Below, one piece after another: positions 30,766 to 41,426 of a DNA stretch of 64,000 bases (the stretch's first letter is position 1; each line of letters starts with the position of its first letter). Under the pieces are notes generated by a model. It had not been told where the DNA came from and did no database searches. It saw only the letters and a program-made list of their open reading frames with translations. This DNA is from an uncultured Pelagibacteraceae bacterium (GTDB taxonomy: Bacteria; Pseudomonadota; Alphaproteobacteria; Pelagibacterales; Pelagibacteraceae): contig CACJVQ010000004.1 in NCBI GenBank assembly GCA_902596915.1, forward strand, positions 8,077-72,076, given 5' to 3'. The position numbers were made by a program, and so were the translations under genes.

Positions 30766-30848
30766 GTTAATTTTATTTGTATTTTTATATATTAATATTA
30801 GAATATCTTGTAAGTATAATTTTTTATTAAAGTTTTCAATTTAATTTT

Positions 30849-32831
30849 ATGAATAAAAATATCAAAGAGTCTTTAGATATTATTTTATCTATTAATTTTT
30901 ATTCAAAAAGAATAATTGCAATAATCATTGATGTTATTTTATGTATTTTGTGCACTTGGCTCGCTTTTGCACTAAGATTAGAGCAGTGGATTTTATTTAA
31001 AGATTTTAACTTTCTTCCAGCAATAATTTCTATAATTATTGTAATACCAATATTTTTTTTATTTGAATTATATCGTACCATATTTCGTTATACGAGTTTA
31101 TCAATACTTTTAACAATATTAGCTGCTACATCTCTTTATGGATTATTATATTTTTTAGTTATCGGAGTATATGGCATTAACGGAGTTCCAAGATCTGTAG
31201 GTATAATTCAACCGATGTTATTATTTTTTGGAATTATTATATCAAGACTGGGAGCCAAATTTATATTTAATTATAATTTTAATTCCAAAAAATATAAAAA
31301 TAAAAAAAATGTATTAGTTTATGGAGCTGGAGATGCTGGAAGACAACTAGTTATTGCTTTAGAAAATAGTCCTGAATTTAAAGTGTCTGGGTTTTTAGAC
31401 GATAACAAGCAGTTGCATAAACGAATTTTATTAGGTCAAACCATATATTCTGTATTAAATTTAGAAAAATTGGTTAAAAACAAAAATATTAGTTTGGTAT
31501 TTCTTGCATTGCCTACAATTAGTAGAGGTAAAAGAAATCAAATAATTGAAAAATTAAATCAACATAAATTAATTGTAAAAACACTTCCAAGTATATCTGA
31601 TATTGTAGATGGTAGAATAACTTTATCTGATATAAAAGATTTAAATATCGACGATTTATTAAGTCGTGATCAAGTTAAACCAGATATTGGTTTATTAAAT
31701 AAAAACATAAATTCAAAAAATGTAGTAGTTACAGGTGCTGGAGGATCTATTGGTTCTGAACTATGTCGTCAAATTGTAAAATTAAAACCAAATAAATTAA
31801 TACTTTTAGAGCTAAATGAATTTGCTCTCTATAAGATATCTGAAGAACTAAAAGATTATAATAAAAACTTAAAGATAATTTCTTTACTTGTAAATGCGCA
31901 AGATCAAGCAAATTTAGAGACAATATTTGAACTCTTTAAAGTAGAGACTGTTTATCATGCTGCAGCATATAAACATGTGCCACTAGTTGAAGAAAACATT
32001 TGCGAAGGAGTTAAAAACAATGTTTACAGCACATTAGCTGTAGCAAAAGCAGCAACCACAAAAAAAGTTTCAAATCTTGTTTTAATATCAAGTGATAAAG
32101 CAGTAAGACCAACAAATATTATGGGCGCTTCAAAAAGACTTTCAGAGCTTTGTCTTCAGGGAATTTACAATAACGCTAAAGATATTAATATTCACTTTTC
32201 AATAGTTAGATTTGGTAATGTTTTAGAATCTTCTGGTTCAGTGATTCCAAAATTTAAAAAACAAATTAAACAAGGTGGACCAATTACTTTAACCCACAAA
32301 GATGTAACGCGCTATTTTATGACGGTTACAGAAGCTGCTCAATTAGTCATTCAAGCAGGAGCTATGGGAAAAAAATCAGAAGTATTTGTACTTGATATGG
32401 GTGATAGTATAAAAATTAGAAATTTAATTTATAAAATGGTTAAATTATCTGGATTTAGAATTAAAGACGATAAAAATCCAGATGGGGATATCGAGATTAA
32501 GATTATAGGTCTCAGAACTGGTGAAAAATTATATGAAGAATTGTTAATTGGGAATAATCCTCAAAAAACTAATCATCCAAAAATACAAAAAATAAGTGAT
32601 CCATTTATTCCATTTGAGTTGTTAGAGCCTGAACTTAAAAATTTGAAAAATTTATTAGATAATTACAGAACAAGAGATGTTAAAGCCTTATTAGAAAAGT
32701 TAATAAAATCATATGAAACAAATTCAAACATTATCGATCATATACATAATGCACAATTAGTTAAAAATAAATATGATAAAGATCTGTCATCTTCTAAAAA
32801 TTTTAACAATAAAATAATAAAAATTAAATGA
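30849..32831 (+). CDS. UDP-GlcNAc 4,6-dehydratase, membrane-anchored (PglF/WbpM/CapD)
   Basis: N-terminal TMs, GAGDAG, TGAGGSIGSE, HAAAYKHVP, SDKAVRP, RFGNV, TRYFM. Confidence 0.92.
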   Translation: MNKNIKESLDIILSINFYSKRIIAIIIDVILCILCTWLAFALRLEQWILFKDFNFLPAIISIIIVIPIFFLFELYRTIFRYTSLSILLTILAATSLYGLLYFLVIGVYGINGVPRSVGIIQPMLLFFGIIISRLGAKFIFNYNFNSKKYKNKKNVLVYGAGDAGRQLVIALENSPEFKVSGFLDDNKQLHKRILLGQTIYSVLNLEKLVKNKNISLVFLALPTISRGKRNQIIEKLNQHKLIVKTLPSISDIVDGRITLSDIKDLNIDDLLSRDQVKPDIGLLNKNINSKNVVVTGAGGSIGSELCRQIVKLKPNKLILLELNEFALYKISEELKDYNKNLKIISLLVNAQDQANLETIFELFKVETVYHAAAYKHVPLVEENICEGVKNNVYSTLAVAKAATTKKVSNLVLISSDKAVRPTNIMGASKRLSELCLQGIYNNAKDINIHFSIVRFGNVLESSGSVIPKFKKQIKQGGPITLTHKDVTRYFMTVTEAAQLVIQAGAMGKKSEVFVLDMGDSIKIRNLIYKMVKLSGFRIKDDKNPDGDIEIKIIGLRTGEKLYEELLIGNNPQKTNHPKIQKISDPFIPFELLEPELKNLKNLLDNYRTRDVKALLEKLIKSYETNSNIIDHIHNAQLVKNKYDKDLSSSKNFNNKIIKIK

Positions 32832-32906
32832 CTAAAAATTTACCATTAAGCATAAGTTCAAAAGTTTGTATGTTTCATTAAACTTAATTTTTAGCTTAAT
32901 ACTTTA

Positions 32907-34175
32907 TTATTTAAAAAATTTTATTCTCTTCAATGAATAATAATTTTTAATTTTAGTACAAATTAACTTTATTTCGTTAAGAGGGTAATCAGGATAAAGA
33001 GGAAGCACCAACACGTGACCAGAAACATATTTGGTATTAGGACAATCACTTTTAAATTTTTTAAAAATACTTAACTGGTTGCAATCTCTATAAAAATACT
33101 TTGATATATCTAAATTATTCCTGATTAAATATTTATAAAGATCATTTCTATGTTGACACAATATAGGAAACCCGAGGTAGCAATCTCTAATATTATAAGA
33201 ATATTTTTTAAAAGAAATTTCATTTATATAACTCAAATTTTTTGAGTAAATTTTTGCTCTTTTGTGCCTTTCCTTTTGTGCATTTTTAATTTTAAAATCC
33301 ATTTGATAAATGGCAGAATAAACTTGGTAGTTTGAAATTTGCAAAAAATAATTCTCTTCCTTTTTTTTATTATATTTTTGTGGATTAGGGTCATTTTTTA
33401 ATAGATTTTTAAAAGTTGAAATATTAAGAATTTCAGAAAATTTTATAAAATAAAATAAAATAAAAAAAATAAATTTTCTAGTAGCAATATAAAACTTTAA
33501 AATAAAAAAAGTCTTTGAAAATTTATAAAACAAATTTTTATTTATGAGTTTTTTTTTATATTGGTAAATTTTGTTTTGATAATTTAAATTGTTTGTAACA
33601 ATTGCCCCTAAATCAATTGTTGAAATAAACTTAAATGGCCCGAAGCTATAAATTATAAAATGTTTTTTATTCAAATTTTCTTTTTTATTTGATTTCCTAA
33701 ATGCTATTGCTCGATCTTCAATAAGGTAAATATCTTTAGACTTACAATAATCTACAATTTTAGCATATTCCAATGGCTCTATATGATAATGAGTTATAAT
33801 TATTGCCAATGTGTTTTTATTAATTTTTTTTTTTAAATTATTTAAAGTGACAGAAAAATCACTTTTATTTATATCAAAAAAATCAGGTCTTAGATTTTCA
33901 GAGATAACCATATTCACAATATCAAATATAGTAAAAGAAGACATTAATACTCTATTTTTACTAGAATTGTCTCGTTTTATGAGATTCAAAATTATTTTTA
34001 ATCCAACCCTTGCTCTTGGAACCAGAGTACAGAATTTTATTTTTGTAAATTCTGAAATTTTTTTTTCAAGTTTTTCCTGTATTAATTTGTTTTCATTAAA
34101 AAAATCTAAATTAATTAAAGATTTTAAGAATAAAATTATATTAAATTTATAAATTTTTTGTCTTGGTAAAATCAT
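32907..34175 (-). CDS. Divergent DegT/DnrJ-fold PLP protein
   Basis: LIEDRA, YSFGPFKFI, LVLPLYP; hydrophobic internal insertion. Confidence 0.65.
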   Translation of the reverse strand: MILPRQKIYKFNIILFLKSLINLDFFNENKLIQEKLEKKISEFTKIKFCTLVPRARVGLKIILNLIKRDNSSKNRVLMSSFTIFDIVNMVISENLRPDFFDINKSDFSVTLNNLKKKINKNTLAIIITHYHIEPLEYAKIVDYCKSKDIYLIEDRAIAFRKSNKKENLNKKHFIIYSFGPFKFISTIDLGAIVTNNLNYQNKIYQYKKKLINKNLFYKFSKTFFILKFYIATRKFIFFILFYFIKFSEILNISTFKNLLKNDPNPQKYNKKKEENYFLQISNYQVYSAIYQMDFKIKNAQKERHKRAKIYSKNLSYINEISFKKYSYNIRDCYLGFPILCQHRNDLYKYLIRNNLDISKYFYRDCNQLSIFKKFKSDCPNTKYVSGHVLVLPLYPDYPLNEIKLICTKIKNYYSLKRIKFFK

Positions 34176-34178
34176 AAT

Positions 34179-34838
34179 TTAAATTTTAAAAATTGAAATA
34201 CCTCTGAAGTTATGATTTTTTTCAAAAAAAACCTCTTTAAACTTTTGACTTACATGGTCACGGAATCTAGGATTTGCGTAGACTAAATAACTATTTTTTA
34301 ACCTAGATATCTTATTCAAAATTATATTCAAATCATCATCTTTAGTAAATGGATCATATATAAATATTAATGAATTATTTTTATACTTTGAAAATCTAAG
34401 GCCATTCATATACTGAAGCTCTAATTTTTTATTCTTATTTATCATGTTTTTTAATTTTTTTTCTCCAATATCAAAAAGTTTTTTTGAAATTTCAAAACCA
34501 TAAATATTTTTGGCTAAAAATTGTAAATAATATAGGACCCTACCAGTACCAAATCCAATATCATACAAATTATCAAATTTAATATTTTTTCTTTTAAAAA
34601 ATAATTTTGTTAAATTTAAATAGTAATAATAAGTTGGCGAATATCCTGTAATTTTTTCTTGATCATAATTTTTAATACTTAATTTGTTATTAGGAATATG
34701 TTTAGGTGTGTGGTCTTTATAATAATTTTTATATTTGAATTCAAAAAAAATTATTTTTAAAGAAAATCTTAAACCATAATTAAATATAAAATTACTATAA
34801 GCTAAGAATGTTTTATATTCAAATTTTATATTCAACAT
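34179..34838 (-). CDS. Class I SAM-dependent methyltransferase
   Basis: GYSPT, YDIGFGTGRV, GFEIS, YDPF, YANP. Confidence 0.75.
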   Translation of the reverse strand: MLNIKFEYKTFLAYSNFIFNYGLRFSLKIIFFEFKYKNYYKDHTPKHIPNNKLSIKNYDQEKITGYSPTYYYYLNLTKLFFKRKNIKFDNLYDIGFGTGRVLYYLQFLAKNIYGFEISKKLFDIGEKKLKNMINKNKKLELQYMNGLRFSKYKNNSLIFIYDPFTKDDDLNIILNKISRLKNSYLVYANPRFRDHVSQKFKEVFFEKNHNFRGISIFKI

Positions 34839-34905
34839 ACTAACAATATATTCTTAATCACACTTAATATCAAAAAATATTAATTAAATGTAAAATATTA
34901 TAGAT

Positions 34906-36198
34906 TTATTTCTCAGTTGCTAATTTTTCTGCAATCCTTATTGAATTCAATATTGTAACCAATGTATATCCTAATGGTGGTATATAATTTAAATAAGTTC
35001 CATCAATTACAAATAGATTTTTAAAATTCTTTAATTCATTAAAATCGGTAAAGTATTTTTCTAAAGGAAATGTGCCTCCTATATGGTTATCATTCCCTTG
35101 TAAAAGACTTTTGGTTGTAAATGGGATCTTTATTAATTTTTTATTATAAAAATTATTGAGTTGATTCTGATTATTATTTGCATTCATTCCCTCAATTTTG
35201 AAATTTATGTTATTTCTTTTTATTTTAATATTTGAATAATCGCTTGAGTGATAAGTGTACACCCCATAGAGATATTGTTTTAAAAAATTTACAAAAGGAA
35301 GTAAAATTTTTGAATTTAATTTAATATAATCTAAAAAAAATTCATTATTTAGTCCTTTTAAAGGAAATATACTGCTCTTTATATCAGATTGGTTTTTTTT
35401 GTTGAATGATAATAATGAATTAAGAGACATGTTTATTTGTTTTCTTGATGATATAAAAATACTTTGATTACTTGGTGTACATAATAACCTAACAGAATTA
35501 ACTTTTAATAGCTGCATAAGAATTCTAGCTGAAGATAAACTGCCTGCAGCAAGTACTAATTTTTTATCGATTAACTTATATTTATTATTTTTTGAATTTA
35601 TTGATAATATATATTTGTCACCATCTTTAGATATATTTTCTACAAAGCCAGGAAAAAATTTAATTTTTTTTTCCTTAATTAAATTTTTAAAATTTTCTTT
35701 AACATTTAAAGGTTCGTTATTATGAGATAATAATAAGTTATTGTAATTTAAATTATATTTATATTTATCAATGTTTTTTTCAAAAAAATTATCCGTATCT
35801 TGTTGTTTTAAAAAATAATTATCTTCATATAAATATTTTAAATATTCATACAAATTAAATTTGTTTAATTTATTTTTTGTTAATTCATAATCACTGAACT
35901 TATAAACACATCCACCCCATAAATTTGACAAACCACCAATATCTAGTGCGCTTTGATTATCAAAATTATTGTAAATTAATTTATTATATTCTTTATGTGT
36001 TTGTATTTTTTCTTCAAAATTCTTTAAAATTATTTTAGGTGAAATATTATTTTTATAATTTTTTTTTTTTGAGTCTGACGAATTAGTTTCTGTATCTACA
36101 TCTATCAAATTAACTTTGAAGCCTTTTTTTAAAATAGTTCTTATAAAAAAATATGAATTTATTCCAGAGCCGATTATTGTAATAGATTTTGGATCCAT
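34906..36198 (-). CDS. FAD-dependent oxidoreductase (GMC-like)
   Basis: IIGSG, GGLSNLWGG, LAAGSLSS, HIGGT, FVIDG. Confidence 0.72.
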   Translation of the reverse strand: MDPKSITIIGSGINSYFFIRTILKKGFKVNLIDVDTETNSSDSKKKNYKNNISPKIILKNFEEKIQTHKEYNKLIYNNFDNQSALDIGGLSNLWGGCVYKFSDYELTKNKLNKFNLYEYLKYLYEDNYFLKQQDTDNFFEKNIDKYKYNLNYNNLLLSHNNEPLNVKENFKNLIKEKKIKFFPGFVENISKDGDKYILSINSKNNKYKLIDKKLVLAAGSLSSARILMQLLKVNSVRLLCTPSNQSIFISSRKQINMSLNSLLSFNKKNQSDIKSSIFPLKGLNNEFFLDYIKLNSKILLPFVNFLKQYLYGVYTYHSSDYSNIKIKRNNINFKIEGMNANNNQNQLNNFYNKKLIKIPFTTKSLLQGNDNHIGGTFPLEKYFTDFNELKNFKNLFVIDGTYLNYIPPLGYTLVTILNSIRIAEKLATEK

Positions 36199-36453
36199 AA
36201 ATAAAAAATTTATTATAAAGTTTAAAGATTATATATCTATTTAAATTTAGAAATTAAAGTAAAGAATTTAATTAAGGTATCTATATTTAATAAATTTTTC
36301 GAATTATAAATATTTTTACGATTTTTTAAATTTACGTCACATGCATTTTATTTGAGATGTGTCTTAAAAAATAATATTTTTATAAACATGTTTTAAAAAT
36401 AATTTTAAGGATTAAGTTTATATAATATGGTATAGATTTAATTTTAAGATTTT

Positions 36454-37704
36454 ATGGTTAATTTAAAATATTCAAATACATTATTAGTTAGTTTAATTTT
36501 AAGTTCAATTATTCCATTTTTAATTTGGGGACCCTTTTTTCCAGATTTAATTGTTAGTATTTCAACTTTATTTTTTTTATTTTACACATTTAAAAATAGA
36601 ATTTTTTATTATTTTTTTAATAAACCATTAATCATTTTTTTTATTTTTTGTATTTACTGCATAACGATAAGTACATTTGTTGCTGAAGACCCAATGTTTA
36701 GTTTTGAAAGTTCTTTATTCTATTTTAGAATAGGAGTTTTTAGTTGTTTCATTTGGTATTTAATTGATAAAGATAAAAATATTTTAAAATATTTTTATTA
36801 TATATTAGTTTTATCTTTTTCTGCCTTAGTTATTGATGGCTATGTCCAAAGTATTACAGGAAAAAATCTAGTGGGATTAAGTACAAATCAAATTCGTATT
36901 TCATCTTTTTTTGGGGATGAATTAATAATGGGCTCATACCTTTCAAGATTATTTCCATTATTATTTGCTTTATTTATAATTAAGCAAAAACAAAAATATG
37001 AAATTTATTATATTGGATTATTATTTATTTTAGCTGACCTACTAATTTACATTTCTGGTGAGCGATCTGCATTTTTTTATTTAAATTTATCAACCTTATT
37101 TATAATTATCTTAATCAAACAGTATCAAAAATTTAGACTAATTACTTTTGTTATTGCAACAATTTTTATAGTTTTTCTAAGTATGAGTTCAACTAGTTTA
37201 AGTGACAGGATGTTTAAAGACCCTGTTCAAGACATGGGTTTAAACAAAGGTTCAAAAGAAATAGTCATTTTTTCTTCAGCACATGACAGTCTAATTCGAA
37301 CAGCGTTTAACATGTTTAAGGAGAAACCATTAATAGGCAATGGTCCAAAAATGTTTAGAATAAAATGTAAAGATGAAAAAATTCAAACTGGAATTAAGCC
37401 TTGTGATTCACACCCACATAATTTTTATGTGCAATTATTAGCCGAAACAGGAATTGTAGGATTTTCATTTCTATTCATTAGTTTTCTATATGTTCTTTAC
37501 ACTGCTATAAGACACTTTAAATCGATAATTTTTAAACAAAAAAGGTATTTAACTGACTATCAGGTGTGTTTATTGGCGGCACTTTTAATAACAGTTTGGC
37601 CGTTCTCTCCAAACGGTAACTTTTTTAACAACTGGTTGATGATAGTTTATAGTTTACCAGTAGGTTTTTATCTTCAATCTATATATTCCAAAAAAGATGG
37701 ATGA
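36454..37704 (+). CDS. O-antigen ligase family protein (WaaL/O-OTase-like)
   Basis: Multi-TM, SGERSA, PLIGNG, HPHNFYVQLLAETG. Confidence 0.88.
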   Translation: MVNLKYSNTLLVSLILSSIIPFLIWGPFFPDLIVSISTLFFLFYTFKNRIFYYFFNKPLIIFFIFCIYCITISTFVAEDPMFSFESSLFYFRIGVFSCFIWYLIDKDKNILKYFYYILVLSFSALVIDGYVQSITGKNLVGLSTNQIRISSFFGDELIMGSYLSRLFPLLFALFIIKQKQKYEIYYIGLLFILADLLIYISGERSAFFYLNLSTLFIIILIKQYQKFRLITFVIATIFIVFLSMSSTSLSDRMFKDPVQDMGLNKGSKEIVIFSSAHDSLIRTAFNMFKEKPLIGNGPKMFRIKCKDEKIQTGIKPCDSHPHNFYVQLLAETGIVGFSFLFISFLYVLYTAIRHFKSIIFKQKRYLTDYQVCLLAALLITVWPFSPNGNFFNNWLMIVYSLPVGFYLQSIYSKKDG

Positions 37705-37791
37705 TGTTTGAGACAAGATTTTTTGTAGCCAAACTTAATTTAATAAAAATAATATTTATATTAATTTGAAAAACACGAAAAAAACAATTCA

Positions 37792-38988
37792 TTATCCAAA
37801 TAATTCTTCTAAGTAACTTAAAAATCCCATAATTAAAGAGCCGATAAAAAATGGAATTATAAAAGTGGTTAATGTTAAATTTACCTTAAATATTTTCATA
37901 TCAAAAAAATTATAGTCGTTCAAATACCAGTAATTAAACATGGGATAAAATAAAACAAAGAATATAATTAAAAAAAATAAACTGATCAAAAAAAAGATAT
38001 TTGATTTTATTTTTATAATGAAATTAAATAACAGATTATCTGTTTTTTTTATTTTGTATTTATTAGACATTATTCTAAAACTTTGTATTGAAGAAATTAT
38101 GAGAAAAATCCCAATCCAACTTAGTATTGTAAAATAAATTGATGATAAAAATGATAAACTTACATTAATAAGATAAAAAGAATAATTTGAAGAAATTATC
38201 ATAGTTAAAAAAAATAAATTTAACATTATTAACAAAATACCTGGTATAAACATTGATCTAATTGGTGACAATGTGAGAATGAATTTTAAATGTCTCCAAC
38301 CGTCAGACCATGTATTCAAGTGAGGACTTGTATTAATTCTTTTATCTTTGTGAAGAGTTATTGGAGTCTGAAAAGTTTTCAAATTTTTAATTGATGAGTA
38401 TGCAACCATCTCGCTGGCAAACTCCATACCATTACAATATAAATGTTTGTTATAATTTTTGAATTCTTTCTTATTAATTCCTCTTAATCCACAATGAAAA
38501 TCATTAATTTTATTTTTAAAAAAAAATCTACCTAAAAAAGATAATACAGGATTTCCCAAATATTTATGGAGAAATGGCATTGCATCCTTGTTAATTTTAC
38601 CCCCGAATCTATCACCAATAACAAAAGCATAACCTGATTTTAGTTTTTTATAAAATATTCCTATTTGGCTAAAATCATAAGAACCATCTGCATCTCCAAA
38701 AATCACTATGTCACTTTTTGCATTATTAATTCCATTTCTTAAAGCAGCACCATAACCTCTTGTTTTAGTAGAAATAACTCTGCAACCCAGTTTTTTTGAA
38801 ATTAAAATTGATTTATCGGTGCTTCCATTGTCAGAAATTAAAATTTCACCTTTTAATTTGTTATCTTTTAAAAATTTTTTTGCTTTTAGTATTGAGTATG
38901 TAAGAGATTCTTCTTCATTAAGACAAGGCATTAATATTGTCAGATTTAATTTTTTCATTATTTTAGTTATTATATTCATTATAAACAA
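37792..38988 (-). CDS. GT2 polyprenol-phosphate glycosyltransferase (DPM1-like) with C-terminal TM helices
   Basis: MPCLNEE, DNGSTD, GYGAAL, DADGSY, DFHCGLRG, DGWRHL. Confidence 0.85.
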   Translation of the reverse strand: MFIMNIITKIMKKLNLTILMPCLNEEESLTYSILKAKKFLKDNKLKGEILISDNGSTDKSILISKKLGCRVISTKTRGYGAALRNGINNAKSDIVIFGDADGSYDFSQIGIFYKKLKSGYAFVIGDRFGGKINKDAMPFLHKYLGNPVLSFLGRFFFKNKINDFHCGLRGINKKEFKNYNKHLYCNGMEFASEMVAYSSIKNLKTFQTPITLHKDKRINTSPHLNTWSDGWRHLKFILTLSPIRSMFIPGILLIMLNLFFLTMIISSNYSFYLINVSLSFLSSIYFTILSWIGIFLIISSIQSFRIMSNKYKIKKTDNLLFNFIIKIKSNIFFLISLFFLIIFFVLFYPMFNYWYLNDYNFFDMKIFKVNLTLTTFIIPFFIGSLIMGFLSYLEELFG

Positions 38989-39055
38989 ATGCTAAATCAA
39001 ATTGTTGTTGATTATTAGTAATTAAAAACATTATTATAATATTTACTGACATTTT

Positions 39056-40042
39056 ATGAGTTTGAAAATTTTACTCACAGGTGGAGCCGGATACATAGGT
39101 AGTCATGTTGCACATTTATTAGTTGATAAAGGTCATTCAGTTTCAATAATCGATAGTTTAATAACTGGTCATAAAAGGCTTGTACCCAAAAAAGCAAAAC
39201 TTTATGTTTGTGATATTGGAGACAAGTTAAAAGTTTCAAAAATTATCAAACAACAAAAATTTGATTTAGTAATTCATTTCGCTGGCTTAATTAGAGTAGA
39301 CGAGTCTATTAAAAAACCTAAAAAATATATCAATTATAACTATGAAAAATCAAAGATTTTTTTAAATATTTGTTTTAAACACGAATTAAATAAAATAATT
39401 TTTTCATCATCAGCTTCGGTATACGGTAATGTAAAGAAAAAAGCTTCTGAAAATGACAAGAAAAATCCTCTTAATCCATATGCATTATCAAAATTAAAAA
39501 CAGAAAACTTTATAATTCAAAAATCAAAAAAAAAACCAATCTCATACACAATATTGAGATATTTTAATGTTGCTGGAGCAGATAAAAAGTTAAGAACTGG
39601 TCTTATAACTAAATATTCTACGCATTTAATAAAAATTGCCTGTGAGGTAGCTGTAGGGAAAAGAGACAAATTAATAATTAATGGTGATGATTATGATACT
39701 GATGATGGAACGGCAGTCAGAGATTATATTCATATAAGTGATCTTGCAGAAATTCATTATATATGTGTAAAAGATTTGATTAAGAACAAAAAATCGAAAA
39801 TTTTTAATTGTGGTTATGGAAAAGGTGTATCCGTCAAAGAGGTGTTAAAAACTCTTAATAAAATTTTAGGTTTCAATATTCCAACCATAATTGGTAAAAG
39901 AAGATTCGGAGACTCTAAAAAAGTTGTCGCTAATTCAAATAAATTATACAAGTATTTTTCTTGGAAACCTAAACATAATAATCTTAAATTAATTTTAACT
40001 ACATCCTTAAAGTGGGAAAAAAAATTAAAAATTTTTTTATAG
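39056..40042 (+). CDS. galE: UDP-glucose 4-epimerase
   Basis: TGGAGYIGSH, HFAG, YALSK, LRYFNVAGA, DGTAVRDYIHISDLA. Confidence 0.92.
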   Translation: MSLKILLTGGAGYIGSHVAHLLVDKGHSVSIIDSLITGHKRLVPKKAKLYVCDIGDKLKVSKIIKQQKFDLVIHFAGLIRVDESIKKPKKYINYNYEKSKIFLNICFKHELNKIIFSSSASVYGNVKKKASENDKKNPLNPYALSKLKTENFIIQKSKKKPISYTILRYFNVAGADKKLRTGLITKYSTHLIKIACEVAVGKRDKLIINGDDYDTDDGTAVRDYIHISDLAEIHYICVKDLIKNKKSKIFNCGYGKGVSVKEVLKTLNKILGFNIPTIIGKRRFGDSKKVVANSNKLYKYFSWKPKHNNLKLILTTSLKWEKKLKIFL

Positions 40043-40152
40043 AGAATTTTAATGATATTTGTTTATATAATTTATAAACCTAAAAAATAAAATTTATATG
40101 CAATTGAACAGAAATATGTATAGTCATATTCTTAAAAATTTAAGTTAACCTA

Positions 40153-41208
40153 ATGAAAAAAAAAAATCTCATAAATTTTTCTAATGATGAAATAGATTTA
40201 ATTGAAATATTTAAAATTATTTGGGGTGGTAAACGCAAAATTATTTTAATAACATTTATTACATTTTTAATTGGTCTCATTTACTATAATTCTCAACCAA
40301 AATCATTTGAAATTTCATTGGAAATTAAACCGAGTTCAAATACAGAATTCATAAAACTTCATTCAATATATGAATTTATTAACTCAAGTGAATATGAATT
40401 TAATAAAACAAAAAGTGAGATAGACAAAAATATATTACTCATAAACAAATTAGTTCTAAATCAGTTTATTAGCGAGATTTCAAATTCTAAGAAGTTTATA
40501 AAGGTTTTAAAAAATACTGATATTCTTGGAGATAAGATAGATAAGTTAACAGAAATAGAACAGAGAGCTAAACTATATAAATTCTCTGAATTATTTGTTC
40601 TTGAAAAAGTTAGAGGAAGTTCAGATGACTATACTTTAAAATTTGATTGGCACGATAAAGATCTTGGAAAACAAATAATTATTGATTTACTAAACATATC
40701 ATTATCAAAATTTGAAAAGTTATTTTTCCAGCAGCTATTAGATCTCGTAGAAGTAAAAAGAGATATCATTATAAGAAATGATTTAAAAAAAATAGAGTAT
40801 TTGGAAGAGCAGTATGAAATTGCAAATACACTAGGATTAGAAAGTGACAAATTAAAAGATTTAAGTTTAAGTTCTATTTTTAGTACATCAAATAATCATC
40901 ATCCTGGATATACTACTACTACTCCATATTATATTTTAGGCCAGCAAGCGATTCAAAAAGAGATTAACATTATTAAAAACCGAAAATATGCAAATATAGC
41001 GAATCTAGAAAAAAAAATTAATGATTTAAAAAATGACAATAATTTTCAATGGATTGAATACAATGAATTTTTAGTAAGCACTAAACAATATTCAAATATT
41101 AAGAATATTCTTTTGATTTCATTTGTGTCGGGTTTAATAATTGGTGTCTTTTACGTTTTTGTTTCCTTCAATAACAAATTTAAAAAAGTTGTAAAAAAAA
41201 ATAACTAA
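40153..41208 (+). CDS. Wzz-type chain length determinant
   Basis: DEIDLIEIFKIIW N-terminus, two terminal TMs, central coiled coil. Confidence 0.8.
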   Translation: MKKKNLINFSNDEIDLIEIFKIIWGGKRKIILITFITFLIGLIYYNSQPKSFEISLEIKPSSNTEFIKLHSIYEFINSSEYEFNKTKSEIDKNILLINKLVLNQFISEISNSKKFIKVLKNTDILGDKIDKLTEIEQRAKLYKFSELFVLEKVRGSSDDYTLKFDWHDKDLGKQIIIDLLNISLSKFEKLFFQQLLDLVEVKRDIIIRNDLKKIEYLEEQYEIANTLGLESDKLKDLSLSSIFSTSNNHHPGYTTTTPYYILGQQAIQKEINIIKNRKYANIANLEKKINDLKNDNNFQWIEYNEFLVSTKQYSNIKNILLISFVSGLIIGVFYVFVSFNNKFKKVVKKNN

Positions 41209-41301
41209 AATTACTTTTTTGTTGTTTTATCAAGCATTTTTTAAATATAAATTACTATAGATTAACCTTTACAATGTTATTTAATTTTAGTATTAAATTC
41301 T

Positions 41302-41417
41302 GCCTGGTGATTATTGCGAGGGGGTAATACCCGATCCCATTCCGAACTCGGAAGTCAAGCCCTTCAGCGCCAATGGTACTTTGTCTTAAGACACGGAAGA
41401 GTAGGACATTGCCAGGC
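41302..41417 (+). rRNA. rrf: 5S rRNA (stand-alone)
   Basis: GCCTGG...CCAGGC terminal helix, CCCATTCCGAAC loop C, ATGGTACT and GAGTAGG loop E region. Confidence 0.97.
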
Positions 41418-41426
41418 TTATCTAAA

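Larger units (their letters stand above)
1..41208. other. Hypervariable surface-glycan biosynthesis island (SAR11 HVR2-like), right part
   Basis: Continuous glycan genes in alternating orientation, ending at an isolated 5S rRNA gene, followed by core genes. Confidence 0.85.

Noticed and set aside
10113-36070. 11-12 nt poly-T/A tracts in island genes (e.g. 10113, 10408, 33824, 36059) as phase-variation sites
   Set aside because: Equally long tracts occur in core genes (e.g. tolA 59329-59340); frames are intact; expected in Lys-rich AT-rich DNA
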